From positions 372,001 to 417,911 of the forward strand of contig JAPEUD010000014.1 in NCBI GenBank assembly GCA_026026165.1: a stretch of 45,911 bases of DNA. Reading direction: 5' to 3'. This DNA comes from Sarea resinae. Its lineage: Eukaryota. Below are positions 11,337 to 25,297 of this stretch, piece after piece. Position 1 is the stretch's first letter. Each line of letters starts with the position of its first letter. The position numbers and the translations under genes were made by a program. The notes beneath the pieces were generated by a model. It had not been told where the DNA came from. It did not search any database and worked only from the letters and a program-made list of their open reading frames with translations.

Positions 11337-14300
11337 TCAGGACAGCCACCTCTTCGCCTCGCCCCTCCTCGTCCTCGACCGCAACTGCATAGTCATCAAG
11401 TTCCTCGCCGTCACCGCGACATTGGTCGAATTGGCCTGGACCAGCACTCCGTTGTCCTCGTTCATGCTCCGCGGTACACCCGCGCTATCCAACGTCGCCT
11501 CGTCCTGGAGGTACACGTTCAGTGCGGCCCACCCGCCGCAGAATTCCCTGCCGTTGCCCGGGCAGGGCATGTCGCATTTGCTCGCATCGTCGACGACCTC
11601 GACGTTGCTCCCGAGCTCGTCGGCGCAGTAGCACGTGGTCGAGGCCTCGAGGGCTGCGTACGAGGAGGAAGGGGAACGCAATTGGCAGATTGCAACGCAG
11701 GCTTCGACGCTCATGGACGTGGCGTTGGTATAGTTGGAAGTGGAACCGGGGAAGAGAGAGGAGGAGGCGGTATAGCAGCCTTGAGCGGCGTAGGCGCCGA
11801 CGGCTTTGACGGTCGTGGGTGGTAGGTAGCTGGTTAGGTTGTAGAGACTTAGACGGTCGGCGCCGCCGCAGAGGGTGGTGGTATTGCCGGAGCAGGGGGA
11901 AGAGCAACCGGTGTGCGTGGGGGTTGATGATTGCTGGAGACCGTTGCCGCAGTAGCCTGTGGCGCAGTATTAGCACAACTTCGTTCTATCGCGAGAGGCA
12001 AAGTCTAGGTTCAATAGCGGAAGATGGGAGGAGAGCCCGGGTGATCTTGAATTTGTCGCCTTACATTCTGTCCCGTTCTGCGTTGCAGCCAACCCGTAAT
12101 TATATTCGGAAGAAGAGCAGAAGGCTTGACACGCTTCATTCGTCATCCCCGTGGCGTTCGTGAAAGAGGCGCCGACCAAGGGTGGGGGACTGGTATTGTT
12201 TGCACAGCCTAGGTAAACCCACGAACCAAATACCTGGCCAGGGTTCGGGAAGACTACGGCGGCAGATGTGGTTGATGATGAGGTTGATGATGTGTTTGTC
12301 AATGAGCTGGTTGCCGTAATTACGGGTGTAGTCGATATGATGGACGTGAGAAGAGCAAGGGAAGTCGAATTTGCTGAGGATGTTACATATGTTGTCTGAC
12401 TAGAAGAAAGGTTCGGGGAGGCAGATGCTGATAATTTGGAAGAAGTAATGATGAAAGCGGTGGTACTATTGGTAGTTGATTTCGAGCTTCTGGTTGAAAC
12501 CGCTGAAATCGATGAGAAAGGTGTTCCACTATCTGTTGATTTAATGGCAGCTGAAGATATAGAGCTCAAAGAAGTGGTTGTGACTGTGCTTGTGGTATTG
12601 CTGTAGGTTAAGAATACTGAGCTCGGTAGAGAAGTCATTGTAGTGCTTGTCTTATTGATCATGGTCGAATAATTCGAGCTCAAAGAATTTGTTACAAGCA
12701 TTGGAGAATGAACCTTCGCAGACGAGAATAACTTAGTCGACGATGATTTTATCGTGCTTGTGACGTTCATGGCGGTAGACGAAGTTGGGCTCATAGATGG
12801 CCCCCTCGATGATGTGGTAGAACTTGCTGTAGAAGGACCTGCTGTGGCGTTTGATATAGAATAGGAGGTAGCAAAGCTTATAGAAGTCGACTTGAAGACT
12901 AAGCTAGGAGTCGTAGATGCCACAGAGGTATTCGTTCTACCTGAAGTAGCAGAAGCTAAGTCTCCAGACGGAGACATTGGCCTAGCAGAAACTGTGATAA
13001 TAACGGAATTAGTTGCATTGGAAAACGGAGCGGTAGATGCTGCTGCTGAAGTAGAGTTGTCCGAGGAAACCGTAGAAATCAATGTGCTATCAATAACAGT
13101 AATGTTACTACTGAGAGAAGCCGGTAAGAATTTCGAGAACGAAGTGGCATTATGCACTAGGAAATCCGGCGCCGCTTCCAGAATTTGACCCTTGAGCTCG
13201 TATAAACTGAGCCGACTGCCAGCTCCACAGTACTCGGTGCTGTTCCCTCCACAGGCCATGTCACACTGGCTCTCTGATGAGGCCTCAAGTGCATTGGAGT
13301 TGAGATCGCTTCCACACCAACACCTTACGCTGTGGTCAGCATGAATTTCAGAATTCCTAGTATAAAAAAAGCACTTACTCTCGTCCGTATTCCAAGCCAG
13401 CATATTGATACATATAACATGATTCAAGACAGATCTCCACTGTCATGGAGTCATTTGCCACGACTAGGTTTGCAAGAGCTCTAACCCCGTTCATTGGCTC
13501 AGCGTAGCATGCCACGTAGGTAAAGTTTGCATTGCCCGCAACAATGACAGGGTCACTGGTAGGAAGGGGGTCTGGAGCTGCACTCGAAGTCGATGACGGA
13601 CTCGAGCTGGTAAATGTTGTAGGAAGTGTCGAAGAGTTTGCCTGATATATGTTCAGACGGTTTTCGCCTCCGCAATACTCGGTTGAATTCCCAGAACAAG
13701 TCATTGAGCACCCGCTCGTCGAAGCATCACCCGCTTCAGGGGCTGATCCTTCAGAAAGAGTATTACCGCAATAACTAGGAGAAGACGTTAGTAAGGTCCC
13801 AAATGTTGGTTTTATACCGTACCATTCATCGGAATATTCTACACCAAAGTAAGTGTATCCGGCACATCCAGCTGCACAGCTCTCCACAGTTTGACCAGAA
13901 CTTGGTGCAGCAATCTCTTTGCTCGTCAGAGCCCTCGAACCATTACCTTCACTGTAGCATCCAATTGAAATATAACTTCCAACAGAGGAGACGACGAGAG
14001 GGTCTGCAGGATCTGGTGGATCTGTCCCAGTTGTATCGCCCGGCGTGTATTTACTGACGTCGTAATAAATGCTGATGTAGCCGCCTTCGCCTCCACATGC
14101 CTGGGAGCTATCACCAGAGCAAGCGAAAGTGCACTTAGAATCGGTCTCGTTGTAGAAGTATTCAGATGATGGCGCAGTATCACCGCACCTGGACGGATCA
14201 GGAAAGATATTTATAATAAGCATGAAAACCTACCAGCATTCCGTTTGGTACTCTGTTCCGGCAAAGATATAGCCTCCTTCCAAACACGCTTCCTGGCAAC

Positions 14301-17300
14301 GTCCGTTAGAATTGTCGTCATCTTCGTACGGCTCCTGAGATAGCAGCCGCCCATTTGTCCCATCCAGATAGCAGCCAAGATATTGAAATTCGGCAGAGCC
14401 ATTTGCCAGAGTTGGGCCAACTATTCTATCAACAACAGTACCTTCTGCGTCAATCACATGGACACCAAAGTTCAGATCATCTATCAATGTTAGCAAGACA
14501 TCTTGTATCAATAAGTATGGGGGAAGCCGTACCTGTATTTAGAGTCCAAGTATTGGAAACCTCGTAATTGGGCTCATTGGGCGGTTCAGTATTTGGTTCA
14601 AACAACACCGTCCCGTAAGCGCATGACCCTACAGCTATCTGCTGAGATTCATGCAAATCTATACCGGGTGCTGTTGCACGGATGACCCCAGAAGGTGGCT
14701 TCGATTTCGTAACCGTCAAGACGGAGCCTCCAGAATTACAAATTCGAATCTGGCGCGTAGCATTTCCTCCCGGAGCCACATCACCGAAATCCATCAGTAA
14801 GTTTGTTGATGGTAGCCAACCACCTTCACCATTGCTGATGGCGAAGTCCGCTATAGGAGCCGTTGAGGCCGAGCCCTCCAGGATGGTATATCCAGTCCCT
14901 CCGTTGGTCCACACGAAGAAATAAGACTGATAGGCACCAGTTCCATTTATGGGAGTAAAAACAGCATCAACAGAGATAGAGTCACCTGATCCGAGTATCG
15001 TACCAACAAGTGGTAAGTTGGTCGACGTGAATCCGTAGCCTAAATCCCACGTCCCATCGATCTCGGTGCTATTGGTGTAGTCGATGTTATCGTCGTCGAG
15101 ATCTTCGGTGGTATATGCATAACCGGTGATAGTAAGATTAGCCAGGCCGGCATTCGCAATGCTGAAAGGAGATGATATTGTCCCACCGCTGCTATCATTG
15201 CCAGTAAGTACTATGCCTCCAAAGTCCACTTCGACAGGGGTTAAACTGAGATAAGCCTTTGAGCTGACTTCTGTCCCGGTAAGGCTGATGGGAAATAGAG
15301 TTGCATATCCTGTCACTGCATTGGTCGTATAAAGGGTCAGAGCTGTGCTTTTTACCCCAGGAGACGTGTTTCCATAGCTAGCATTAGCGGCGTCTGTAAC
15401 ACTGGCATCCGTGAGATTCCAGGTGACGGGAAAGTTGAACGTTGCGCCTGCCGCTAAAGCCCCTTGCGGGAGTGATGAATTGTCCACTTCAAAGAAACCA
15501 GTGCCAACGGTGGCGCCGTCGACCGAGGTGATGGCTATATTAGCTGTGCACGTAACTGTTTCTGTCTCTGAAGAACCTAGAGCTACAGTACCAAAATCCA
15601 CGGGGGAGGTACAATTGAGCGGTAAGTCAACGGGGGAGCCCAGGCAATATAAGACACCATTAGCATCAGTCACGTAAAGTCTGGTATCTCCGAAAGCTGG
15701 GCGCTGAAATTTGTTCAAGCCATTGACCTGAGGAAGGGTGATAGTCTTTAAGTAGCCATCGGCGCCGGGAACAGCATACCAGGCCCGCAGACCCGCGTCA
15801 GGATCCTATGAGCAAGTCAACACTAGTATCAAAAGACACAAAGAAAGTCGAAAACATTAGGGTGACAGAAGTTGTAACGAAAGTGGAAATAATGACGAGA
15901 AAATTATTTCGTCGGGCTAAGCAGAAGACTTGCCGAAGGAACTTACTGTCATCCATAGAATTGCAGTTCCTTCTTTCCCCTGGTAAGTCGTGATAGTGGG
16001 TATGCCAACCCCGACGCGGCCTGCAGAGTCTTCGTGACTTTGACCCACTTGAGAAAACACAGGCCCGCCAGAGCCATCGAACCCTAATTTGTACACATAC
16101 GTTGGATAGCCTACAGGTGTAGAATATATATAACCTCCCTATGAGAGCGGTTGGTATTCGATTTGGTGCTCAATTAATACGTGAGTTGGAGAGCTTGGGA
16201 AAGCTTACCTCTAATGGATAGGACCCTGAACCCCCAAACACCGCCTTTTCGGTCTCAATAGTTTGAAGAATTCCATCTGTCTGACCGACCCCCAGCTTGT
16301 AGCCTCCAAGGTTATCGGCGTTCACTATGTAAATTTTCCCATTCTTTCCAGCTGTTACACCGATGCGTTCTACCCCGGTACCGCTGAAGTAGGCCGGATC
16401 AAGAAGAGCAATGCCACCAGAGCCTTTGGACTTCACATTAGAGATGTGGGATAAATTGAGTTATCGGACCTTACCGAAGTCTTCATCTCCAGCATCCATG
16501 TTTTCGTAGTCATAGGGCTGGAAATAATCGGTAAGTGAGACGACGCCAGCATCATCGATTCCAAGATTAACCTGAAAGCCATTCAATGAGATTCTGTATG
16601 TCAGTCTAGGATTAAAGACTTACGACCGCCTCTCCCAATGTCGTGCATCCACTACTTCCTGATGCGGGGGTTCCTTGGTTTTCATGTCCATCACCGTTGC
16701 CCTGCAGATCAAACAGTGTTAGCAAAAGTCCAGTTCGCATTTCGGATACAACAAGTGCTTTCCAAGATTAGAATATATCCTTCGGTAAAACTGAGAGGGT
16801 CTGTGTAATCTCACAGCAATACATCATGGCATAGGTCGGAAGCACAGCAAAATGGACAACTAGACTAGGGGCCAGAAAAGGGAGCTGGGAAATGTAAAAC
16901 AATCTCATACCGTAACAAAAAACAAGCGAGCGCCATCTGTGGCCATCGCCATACCACTCATCCATATGCCGCCTTGGCCACCACCACCGTTGTCGTCCCA
17001 GTTGAGGTCATGAGAAACTAATGGACCTGCTTCGGTTGCAAAATTGGTCACAATCTTTTTTTCATTAATGTCAACCCCGAGAACAATTCCGGTATAATTG
17101 AACAGATCGCAGTGTCCCCCGAAAGCTCCATACACCACGCTCCCAATTTGCGTCAATGATGGTCGCTGGAGTATAACACCACCGATGAAATATTTCAGAG
17201 GATCGTTCTGGCTGACAGACCCGTCGACCAGAATCGGAAACCCATCAATATCTTCAAGTGTATTGAAGTTGACAGCATAGAAATAATATACGCCATTGTA

Positions 17301-17936
17301 AGTCCCAGTATCGCCGGCAGCTCTGAAATTCGGAATGTACGTCTTTGCAAAGAAATATACGATATCGGTGTCCGGATCGATAACGGGTGTCCCAATTATG
17401 CCGATGTAATTTGGAATATCTGTACATCCGATGTCAGACTGAAGGAAAGGCGTCTGAACTTGACGAGAGTTAATGAGCACTCCGGATTTGGCGTCGAGGG
17501 TTCTGATCCAATTCTGGGAGGATGCGAGAAACACGAGCTGGACTCCGGTAGACGTCGGCGTATATACCAGCGGTTTTGCATAAAACTACTCAATGGGCAC
17601 CCGATTAGGGCAGTCAACGACGGAGAGGATAGAACGAGCAGCTCCGTGGCGTTAACCTTAAGAATGATTTCTTTTCACAAGAGAAATGCTCGAGTGGCAG
17701 TAGAATCGGCGCTTAGCCCGTGGAGTGTTCCATACCTGCTCTTCATTATTGAAAGCGATTTTCCAAAGTTGCCCAAATTCCGCACTGTCAACGACCGCTG
17801 GGTCCATGTTGTGGTTGGGTAGATACCCTGACTGCGGGAGATCTGCATCCGAAACACTATCTGTTGATGCTAATGCTGCTATCACTGGCAAGAAAGTTGC
17901 CGCTAACGCAGAGATCATCTGGAACGAAGAATACAT
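11337..17936 (-). CDS. Secreted multi-WSC-domain protein (~1872 aa): signal peptide, beta-rich N-terminal region (propeller-like plus Ig-like), five WSC domains, Ser/Thr-rich linker
   Basis: 12 exons: 17936-17736, 17585-16911, 16701-16624, 16571-16475, 16423-16209, 16138-15947, 15805-14533, 14480-14234, 14188-13823, 13774-13379, 13323-12065, 11956-11337. All GT-AG; total 5619 nt in frame. Hydrophobic N-terminus MYSSFQMISALAATFLPVIAALA. Five WSC units, each of the pattern (G/A)CY or GCA...C...C...ECxCG-like...C...CxG...CG(G/A)...Y. A ~300-aa S/T tract separates WSC3 and WSC4. Confidence 0.88.
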
Positions 17937-20900
17937 GATGATAGTAGAGCGGGCTGACAGACGGTGACTCCCAACGTGAGCGTCTGATCTTCGCAATTTT
18001 GTAGACAAATGAGACGACTGCAAATGATGAGGCAAAAGATGAGCTATTCAGGACCTGAAAGGAAGAATCCCATCGAGTCTATATAGACTCAATTGCTTGG
18101 CCATGAGCGCCATTACTTTTGGACTGCAATGATGACAGCTCTGCTCAAAGGCGCCCTGCTTTTTTCTTGGTCGTGACAGCATGAGCCCCAAAAGGCTTGC
18201 AGCATATATCCAACGCTCTGATGCAAGAAACATCCAGTCGCGCACCAGCCAGATCCCGCATGTCAAAGGATCCCGCGTTCTAGGCCGGATCTACCATGAT
18301 CCATGGTTGGATCAACGGAGTTAGAGCAGGGATCGACAGGCAAAACATCAAGGGTTGAATACGAGCAACAGCACGGACCGTTTCCCACCCGGAAAGAAGA
18401 ACGTGCTTGTCGATGAAGCCTTGCCCAAGTGAACTGCTTTTGGAACCCACAGAAGGCCACCGCGTACATGCCGTAAGGTGAGCCCACAGCCGCGGGACCC
18501 GGAGCTTGACTGACATATAAGCCACGATCATGTCTTCCGGAAGACGTGGTACGGCATGGAGAGTAGAATACTGCATCTCTAGGTAGTGATGATACGGAAC
18601 CGGTCTTCTTGTGTACACTTGGAGGGGAGGGCTCAGGCTGCATCGGAGACCCTATTCCAGTAGCAGATGAAAGGTTTTCTAGCGTGGTACAGGAGGCCTT
18701 GACAGCGCAAGTGGCCGCCAAGGAGAACTGACGGCAGAGCAAGAGAGAATCCATACGGGAGGTGACGACGAAACGATACACGGACAGATGCATGACCACG
18801 AACATCAGCTATGGATACATGCTACTATCAAGGCGTGGCCTATGATATCAATTGTGCCGCAGTACCGACATGGAGCCTCTGCATAATAGGAATGACGATA
18901 GCGCCTCCGAGGCTACTCAATTGACAGCCCATTCGGAGTTCGCTGACATCCTGATGTAGGTAGCAAAAGAAAATGGAGTATCCATGGAGCCCGGGCGCCT
19001 CAAAGACCCCAGAGCTCCAGAGTCAACCTACCTTACCTACCTTACCCGATCTATGCCAACCCCACATGGAGCTAGCAAAAGCCCGAGCTATTATAGGCAT
19101 CAGACGACACGACAGCCAATAACAGATACTATCTTGTGAATAACCTCCAGTTCTCTCGAATCGAAATGTGGTACGCAGACCTGCATTTATGGTCTCGTAG
19201 AGAAGAATGGCATGGAGGACGGACGGATGGATGGATGATCCCGAGCAACCAGCAGAGCCCTGGCGGTCAGTAAAGAAATGACTTCTTTGGGAAGGAGAAG
19301 CTGCAGCCGGATAACTACCTTGAGGGTCCTCAAGCCAGTTCTGCACCGATTGTGGTGTTCGGCAGTCATGGTTGTTGGTCCAGGATTAATACGAGGAGTT
19401 CGCCAAACGGTTTCTCCTTTCGCCTCAACTCAAGTCGCCAGGCGGACCATCAGTCGGCCGTTCTCTCAGAGCCGGACTCTTCCAGCAGTCGTCCGTCGTC
19501 ATCCTTTCGTTATGCTTTGTTGCCGACATCATACTGTCAAATGTTTTTGTACCTCTCTTCAACGCTATGAATATCTATGAGCTTGGTCACACAGCATTGA
19601 AAGAAGCCGTGCAGCTGAGACCTGGATTCCCTCTGCGGCGAAATCGCCCGATACATAAGCTGAAGCAGCCGTATCTACGCATCCTCGCTACCAGACAGAC
19701 AAAACGGCGGTTGTACCAAAACCTCCTTACATGGCCGTGCGCGTTTGGCCACGCAGGCCCATATTTCGATGGGTTACATTGGCAATGCAGGTAGTAAACA
19801 CGAGGACCATGGAACCCAGTTGGGATGTCTGTCTGAAAACCCATGAGGAAATCCGAAACCGGTACGAGCATTTCATAGGCATAAACCCTGGATGACCTCC
19901 CTGTGTGCCCTTGAAGTGTGACGAAGTGACTGGCGCCTCTTTCGCGGACCAGGTACACAGATCTGTCAACGGATAAGGCACTGTATGGTGCTTACCCCGA
20001 GTACATACATAGCATGTTCCGTGGCAGTTACATGCAAATCGTCGGTTCCAATTAGATGCCTGCTCTTTCGATTTCTGGTAATCGGCCTGTTCGTGGTCGC
20101 CAGCCTCGGCAGTCAGTCATTCAGCGTCGTCTCCTCAGCAGGTGACTGGGCTGGCGGGTGGTCAGAGACGCAGAATCGTGGGGTAGCCTACCGCATCCGT
20201 TTGATCCGACTGGCTTTTGGTAAAGCCACAAGGCACGTTCAGCTCACTTATTCTCGTCGCCAAAGGTTGATACCGATTCAGACATAGTTCTGTTGACGTT
20301 GAAGCTCGCGTACCAACCACACGGCGTGCGGGTCGTGATAAGGCTTCTGGAAAGATGGTGTAAGAGCGAATTCTGCGTCATCGGCTCGCCGTGGCATAAA
20401 CAACCTAATTCTGGTGCACTTGGCATGACATAGCATTACACTACGTTGCGTCCATCCCATCTGGGTCTTGTCTGGCCTCATTCACCGGAGAAGTTGCTTT
20501 GCGTTATCCAGGCTCTCTTGTGTATCGACCCCTTACTCCGGACACAAAGATCTTGATACAGAGCGCGTGCTACAATCATGCCGAAGCGATCGTCTTCCAC
20601 GTTTCCTCTGGATCTTGAGAGTTGCCATGCGTGTACCATAGCTCGAAGCCCAGGTAACGCAAGGTTCCACCACGATACGTCCCTAGGGCCCGTAATCGGG
20701 TCAATGACTTCAGCCACTGATGAAGGGAAGGTCCGGTCAGATAGGTCAGAAACCGTCAGGGCCATAATCGAACAGACATATTCAATCCAGGCATACAGAC
20801 ACTGCAGGAGCCTTGGAAGGCAAACAAGGTCTGATGACGATGCGCAGTGGAATAAGTATCTAAGCAATTCCCGAATCTGAGATAATCAAAGACCGTGTTT

Positions 20901-21397
20901 GTAGATTGTAGGAGGGCAGAGCAAGTCTGGTCTGAGAGATAGAACACAAACAAACAATCTTACCTGCTTCTTGTCTACATAGCACAGTGCGTTTCAACTG
21001 CTCCTCGTCGATGGTGGGCTCAGCGTTCCTTGAGATGGATGCTGATAAGATCATCTACGGAGTAAACTCCGGAGTTGTTCGCTGCCCGGCCTCCATATGG
21101 TATGAAGTACTCGTACTTCGTACACATTCGCAACGGGGATGTCTCGAGGCGGCATTGAGCTTCAAGGACAAAGTCACTGGTACCGGCCTCGTCAACTTCT
21201 TTGACTGGGAGGAGGGAAGTATCGACCACTGGTACCTTAGCTATCTAGAGTCGCTAAGCGAGATGGAGCTGAACGCCCCGAGCTACTGCGAGATGTGTGT
21301 ATGAGGTGCGCCGAGACCCATCTGGAGTGACCGACAAAACAGCCAAAACAGCTCGTGCCCATCCTTCAAGTGTGGGCATTTGATCAAGGCTGCAAAT

Positions 21398-24300
21398 ATG
21401 GCCTTGACATCTGTAAGGCCCCCTGCGATCGTTAATTGCACAGCCAGTCTGATTCTCTAGTGGAAAACGTTCAACTTCTTCGATGTTACCCAGGTGAAAC
21501 CTCAAGATGATGACGGAGGGGCGTCGATCTTCGAGGTGAGCTCCGACAAAGCTTCCAATATCCTGCGATGCGTGCGCTGACTCTTCTCAGAGCACTGATA
21601 TTAGCTGCGTCTGTTCAGGGTCAGATAATGTCTTCATTGCCAGCTTCGATGGTTCCGTCCGTATTCTTTCGCAGGCATTCAAAGTCGTACGGTCGTTCAA
21701 AGCATATGAATCGGGCTCCATAACCCACATTAAACAAGTCGAGGGAACAGCACTACTAGTAACCATAGCTGAAGATGTGTCAAATGAACCAATACTGAAG
21801 GTGTGGGCCTTGGACAAGACAGAGAAGAAGACGGGCAGCCCACGGTGTCAGTCAACCCTGTCAATTCAGAATGGCCGTAAACCATTCCCTGTAAGCCAAC
21901 AAATTATGCCCTCGCCCTTCAGCGTTCCCTACTAACAATGTAGATCTCAGCATTTTCTGCATTAGAAGACCTCAGTCAGCTGGCTGTAGGCTTCGCGAAT
22001 GGCTCGGTCACCATGATTCGGGGGGATCTGATCAATGACAGAGGCGCAAGGCAGCGAACGGTATTCGAATCTGAAGAGCCTATTACTGGAGTCTGCTTCC
22101 GCGAAGACTCCGTCACGACATTATACGTTTCAACTACAGCACGAATCTTGGCTCTCGTAATATCCGGTCGAGGACAAGGACAACCTGCGCGGACGCTGGA
22201 GGATTCTGGCTGTGGAGTAGGTTGCATGACCAGCGACAAAAACCATCAAGGTATTGTGGTGGCACGGGATGACGCGATATACTTTTATGGACCTCAAGGG
22301 AGGGGTCCTTGCTCTGCCTATGATGGCCCAAAGCAGCTCGTCAATGTTTACAAAGACTACGTTGCAATAGTTGCCCCCCCTCAGGCGGACCCTACATTAA
22401 GGTCTGGGGCATTGAGAAGATTCGGTGGCTCCCAAACGGATGATTTCTTTAATACATCAAGATTCACGCTGTTAGATCCGGATAACAATCTGAAGTATAT
22501 CGCCCATACTGAGTCTCTCATCTCTCAGGTCAAGGCGCTGTTCACCGAATGGGGGGATCTATTCTTGCTTACGGTAGATGGCAAAGTAAGCTCTTCATAT
22601 CTCCTGTTGTGGACTTGTTCTCATACAATCCTACAGCTATATCGTTATCATGAGAAATCTCTTCAACAGAAATTGGAAACACTATATCAACGGAATCTTT
22701 ACGGTTTAGCGATTAACCTTGCGCAAAAAGCTGGCGTTGACAGCGCTCAACTCAATACGATATTCCGTAGATATGGTGATTTCCTATATCAAAAAGGAGA
22801 TTATGACACTGCGATGCAGCAGTACCTCAGGGCAATCGAGAACACCGAGCCATCTCAAGTCATCCGCAAAGTAAGTCTAGTCATCGTTATTCTATGTTTC
22901 CCGATTTGCTGACGACCACCAGTACCTGGATACGCAAAGGATGCATAATTTGATTGAGTATCTTGAAGAACTCCATGAGCATCACAGAGCTACCGCCGAT
23001 CACACAACCCTGTTACTAAACTGCTACGCGAAGCTCAAAGATCTTGACAAGCTTGAGAAATTCATCAAGTCTCCTGGAGACCTCAAATTCGATCTGGACA
23101 CCGCTATTACGATGTGTCGACAAGGTGGCTACTTCGAACAAGCTGCTTATCTTGCGACTAAGCATGGTGAACATGAGTTGGCCGTGGATATCTTGATTGA
23201 AGACTCAAAGAATTATGCCGAGGCTTTGGCTTACATATGGCGATTGGAACCGCATGATGTCAGTGCTAGCTCTCTTCTCCCGGAAGCGGACACCGCTGAC
23301 TCTGATCATGTAGGCTTATCTGAATCTTATGAAATATGCAAGAGTCTTGATTGGCCATTGCCCGGAAGATACGACGCAGCTTTTCATCGACTACTATACC
23401 GGCCAATATCAGCCAAAAAAAGACACTGTAGTATCCGCAGCTCCCATTTCTCAAGGTGGAGCATCCAGCGCTGTCCAAAACTTGGCTGCTCTGCTTCCCA
23501 TTCCATACAGAAACACTTCTAGCATCCCGACTCCCCCATCTTCTGGTCCTCAAAAACCTTCGAATGCTCAAGAATCCCACATGCATCACGATACACCAAA
23601 TGGCGCTGTGGATTATTCAATCCCAAAACCACGCACAGCATTTTCGTCTTTTGTCGACCATCCAGATGAATTCGTCGTTTTCTTAGAAGCTTGTTTGAAG
23701 GATGAGGATATCAAGGAAGAAGACAAAGTGGATCTATACACGACTCTCTTCGAAATGTATCTGCACGCTGCGAACAGTAGCAAGGCTGAGGAGAGAGAAG
23801 GATGGGAAACCAAAGCAAAGAGTCTCATCGAGAGGAAGCAAGTATGTGCCGATATACGGAAAGTGATTGAGAAATTGCTGACCACTCAAAGGTTCCAATC
23901 GACACTTCGAATGTTTTACTTTTGTCACACCTGTCGAACTTTCGAGACGGGACTATCCTAGTTCGCGAGCAACAAGGACTGCTTTTTGATATATTCAGAT
24001 CGTATACGTCTGCCCAGGATACCGCCGGTGCCATTCGGGCTCTGAGAAAGTATGGTCCCGAAGAACCACTGTTATATCCTGCCGCTCTAGCATACTTTAC
24101 ATCTAGTCCAAGGGTTTTGGAGGAAGCTGGTGATGAGCTGAACGCTGTCCTCAAAAAGATCGAACAGGATGGGCTCATGGCACCTCTACAAGTAATTCAG
24201 ACTCTTAGTTCGAACGCCGTTGCTACGATGGGGATGATCAAGAAATATCTGAGCGACACTATCGAGAGAGAAAGGAAAGAGATCACTACTGTACTACTCC

Positions 24301-24728
24301 CCCCCGTATTTCTTATTCATTTGCCTTCGAAGATATTTGACTGACTCTTTCAGAACCGTCGCCTTATCGAAAGCTACAGAGAGGAAACAGAAGCGAAGCG
24401 CAAGGAGATCGACGAGCTAGGCTCCAAGCCTACGGATTTTGCATCCTCGCGCTGCTCCGCCTGTGGCGGTATCCTCGACCTACCCAAGGTGCACTTCATG
24501 TGCAAACATTCTTTCCACCAACGGTGCCTCAACCAGGTCGGCGACGATGCCGAGTGCCCCATGTGCTCGACGCAGAATGCCACCATCCGCGCCATCCGTA
24601 AGGCCCAGGAGGAGTCAGCCGACCGCCACGATATGTTTCAGGATGCGCTGCAGCGGAGTCGGGACCGCTTCAGCACTGTCAGCGAGTTCTTTGGCAGAGG
24701 CGTTATGTCGATACCCACACTCGAGTGA
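21398..24728 (+). CDS. VPS11: Vacuolar protein sorting 11 (CORVET/HOPS core subunit, Pep5), ~967 aa
   Basis: 9 exons: 21398-21412, 21461-21535, 21591-21890, 21944-22585, 22637-22870, 22923-23258, 23314-23841, 23892-24290, 24354-24728 (2904 nt). N-terminus MALTSWKTFNFFDV; clathrin-repeat-like region (YGDFLYQKGDYDTAMQQY, HTTLLLNCYAKLKD); C-terminal RING CSACGGILDLPKVHFMCKHSFHQRC...CPMC and tail FSTVSEFFGRGVM. Confidence 0.96.
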
Positions 24729-25297
24729 ACTTGTTGGCCGACCGGGGTGTTGTTGTTTGGTTTTGTAAATATGGGTGTTCTTGGCATGGGTATAGTGATT
24801 TAGGTAGCAAGTGAACCTTCTGCTTTTGATGATCTTTTGTAGAATTTTATTTTGTTTCAGCGTTACTTTCTTTAGATCAGCATCGTGAGATAACTTATTA
24901 TTTGCTTGTACTTTTTAGATATCAATCACAAGAGCCTTCTTCCCTCAAGTTTTTTGCGCATCAATCTATCTCGTCCTCATATCTCTGATACGGATCTCTC
25001 AGCCGGGCAAGCGCCCTTCTCCGTCTTCCGCACAATCTACTGCCAATCATAAACACCCGGCTATTCCTACTCAGGTATGGCTATACTCGACAGTACAACT
25101 TTACGCTCGGAACGGGGGCGTCTACTGTAGTCAGTAGTCTACAGACGTTGATAGATCGAATTGCTGGAGACAAGACAGAATGAAACCGATTTCAAGAGCT
25201 GGCAATATTTCAATTCTCAATACCACAAATATCATTATATATTTGACTCTTGAGTTGATGTATTGGTGACTTCAGTGCTATTCTAAGTCTATTTACG

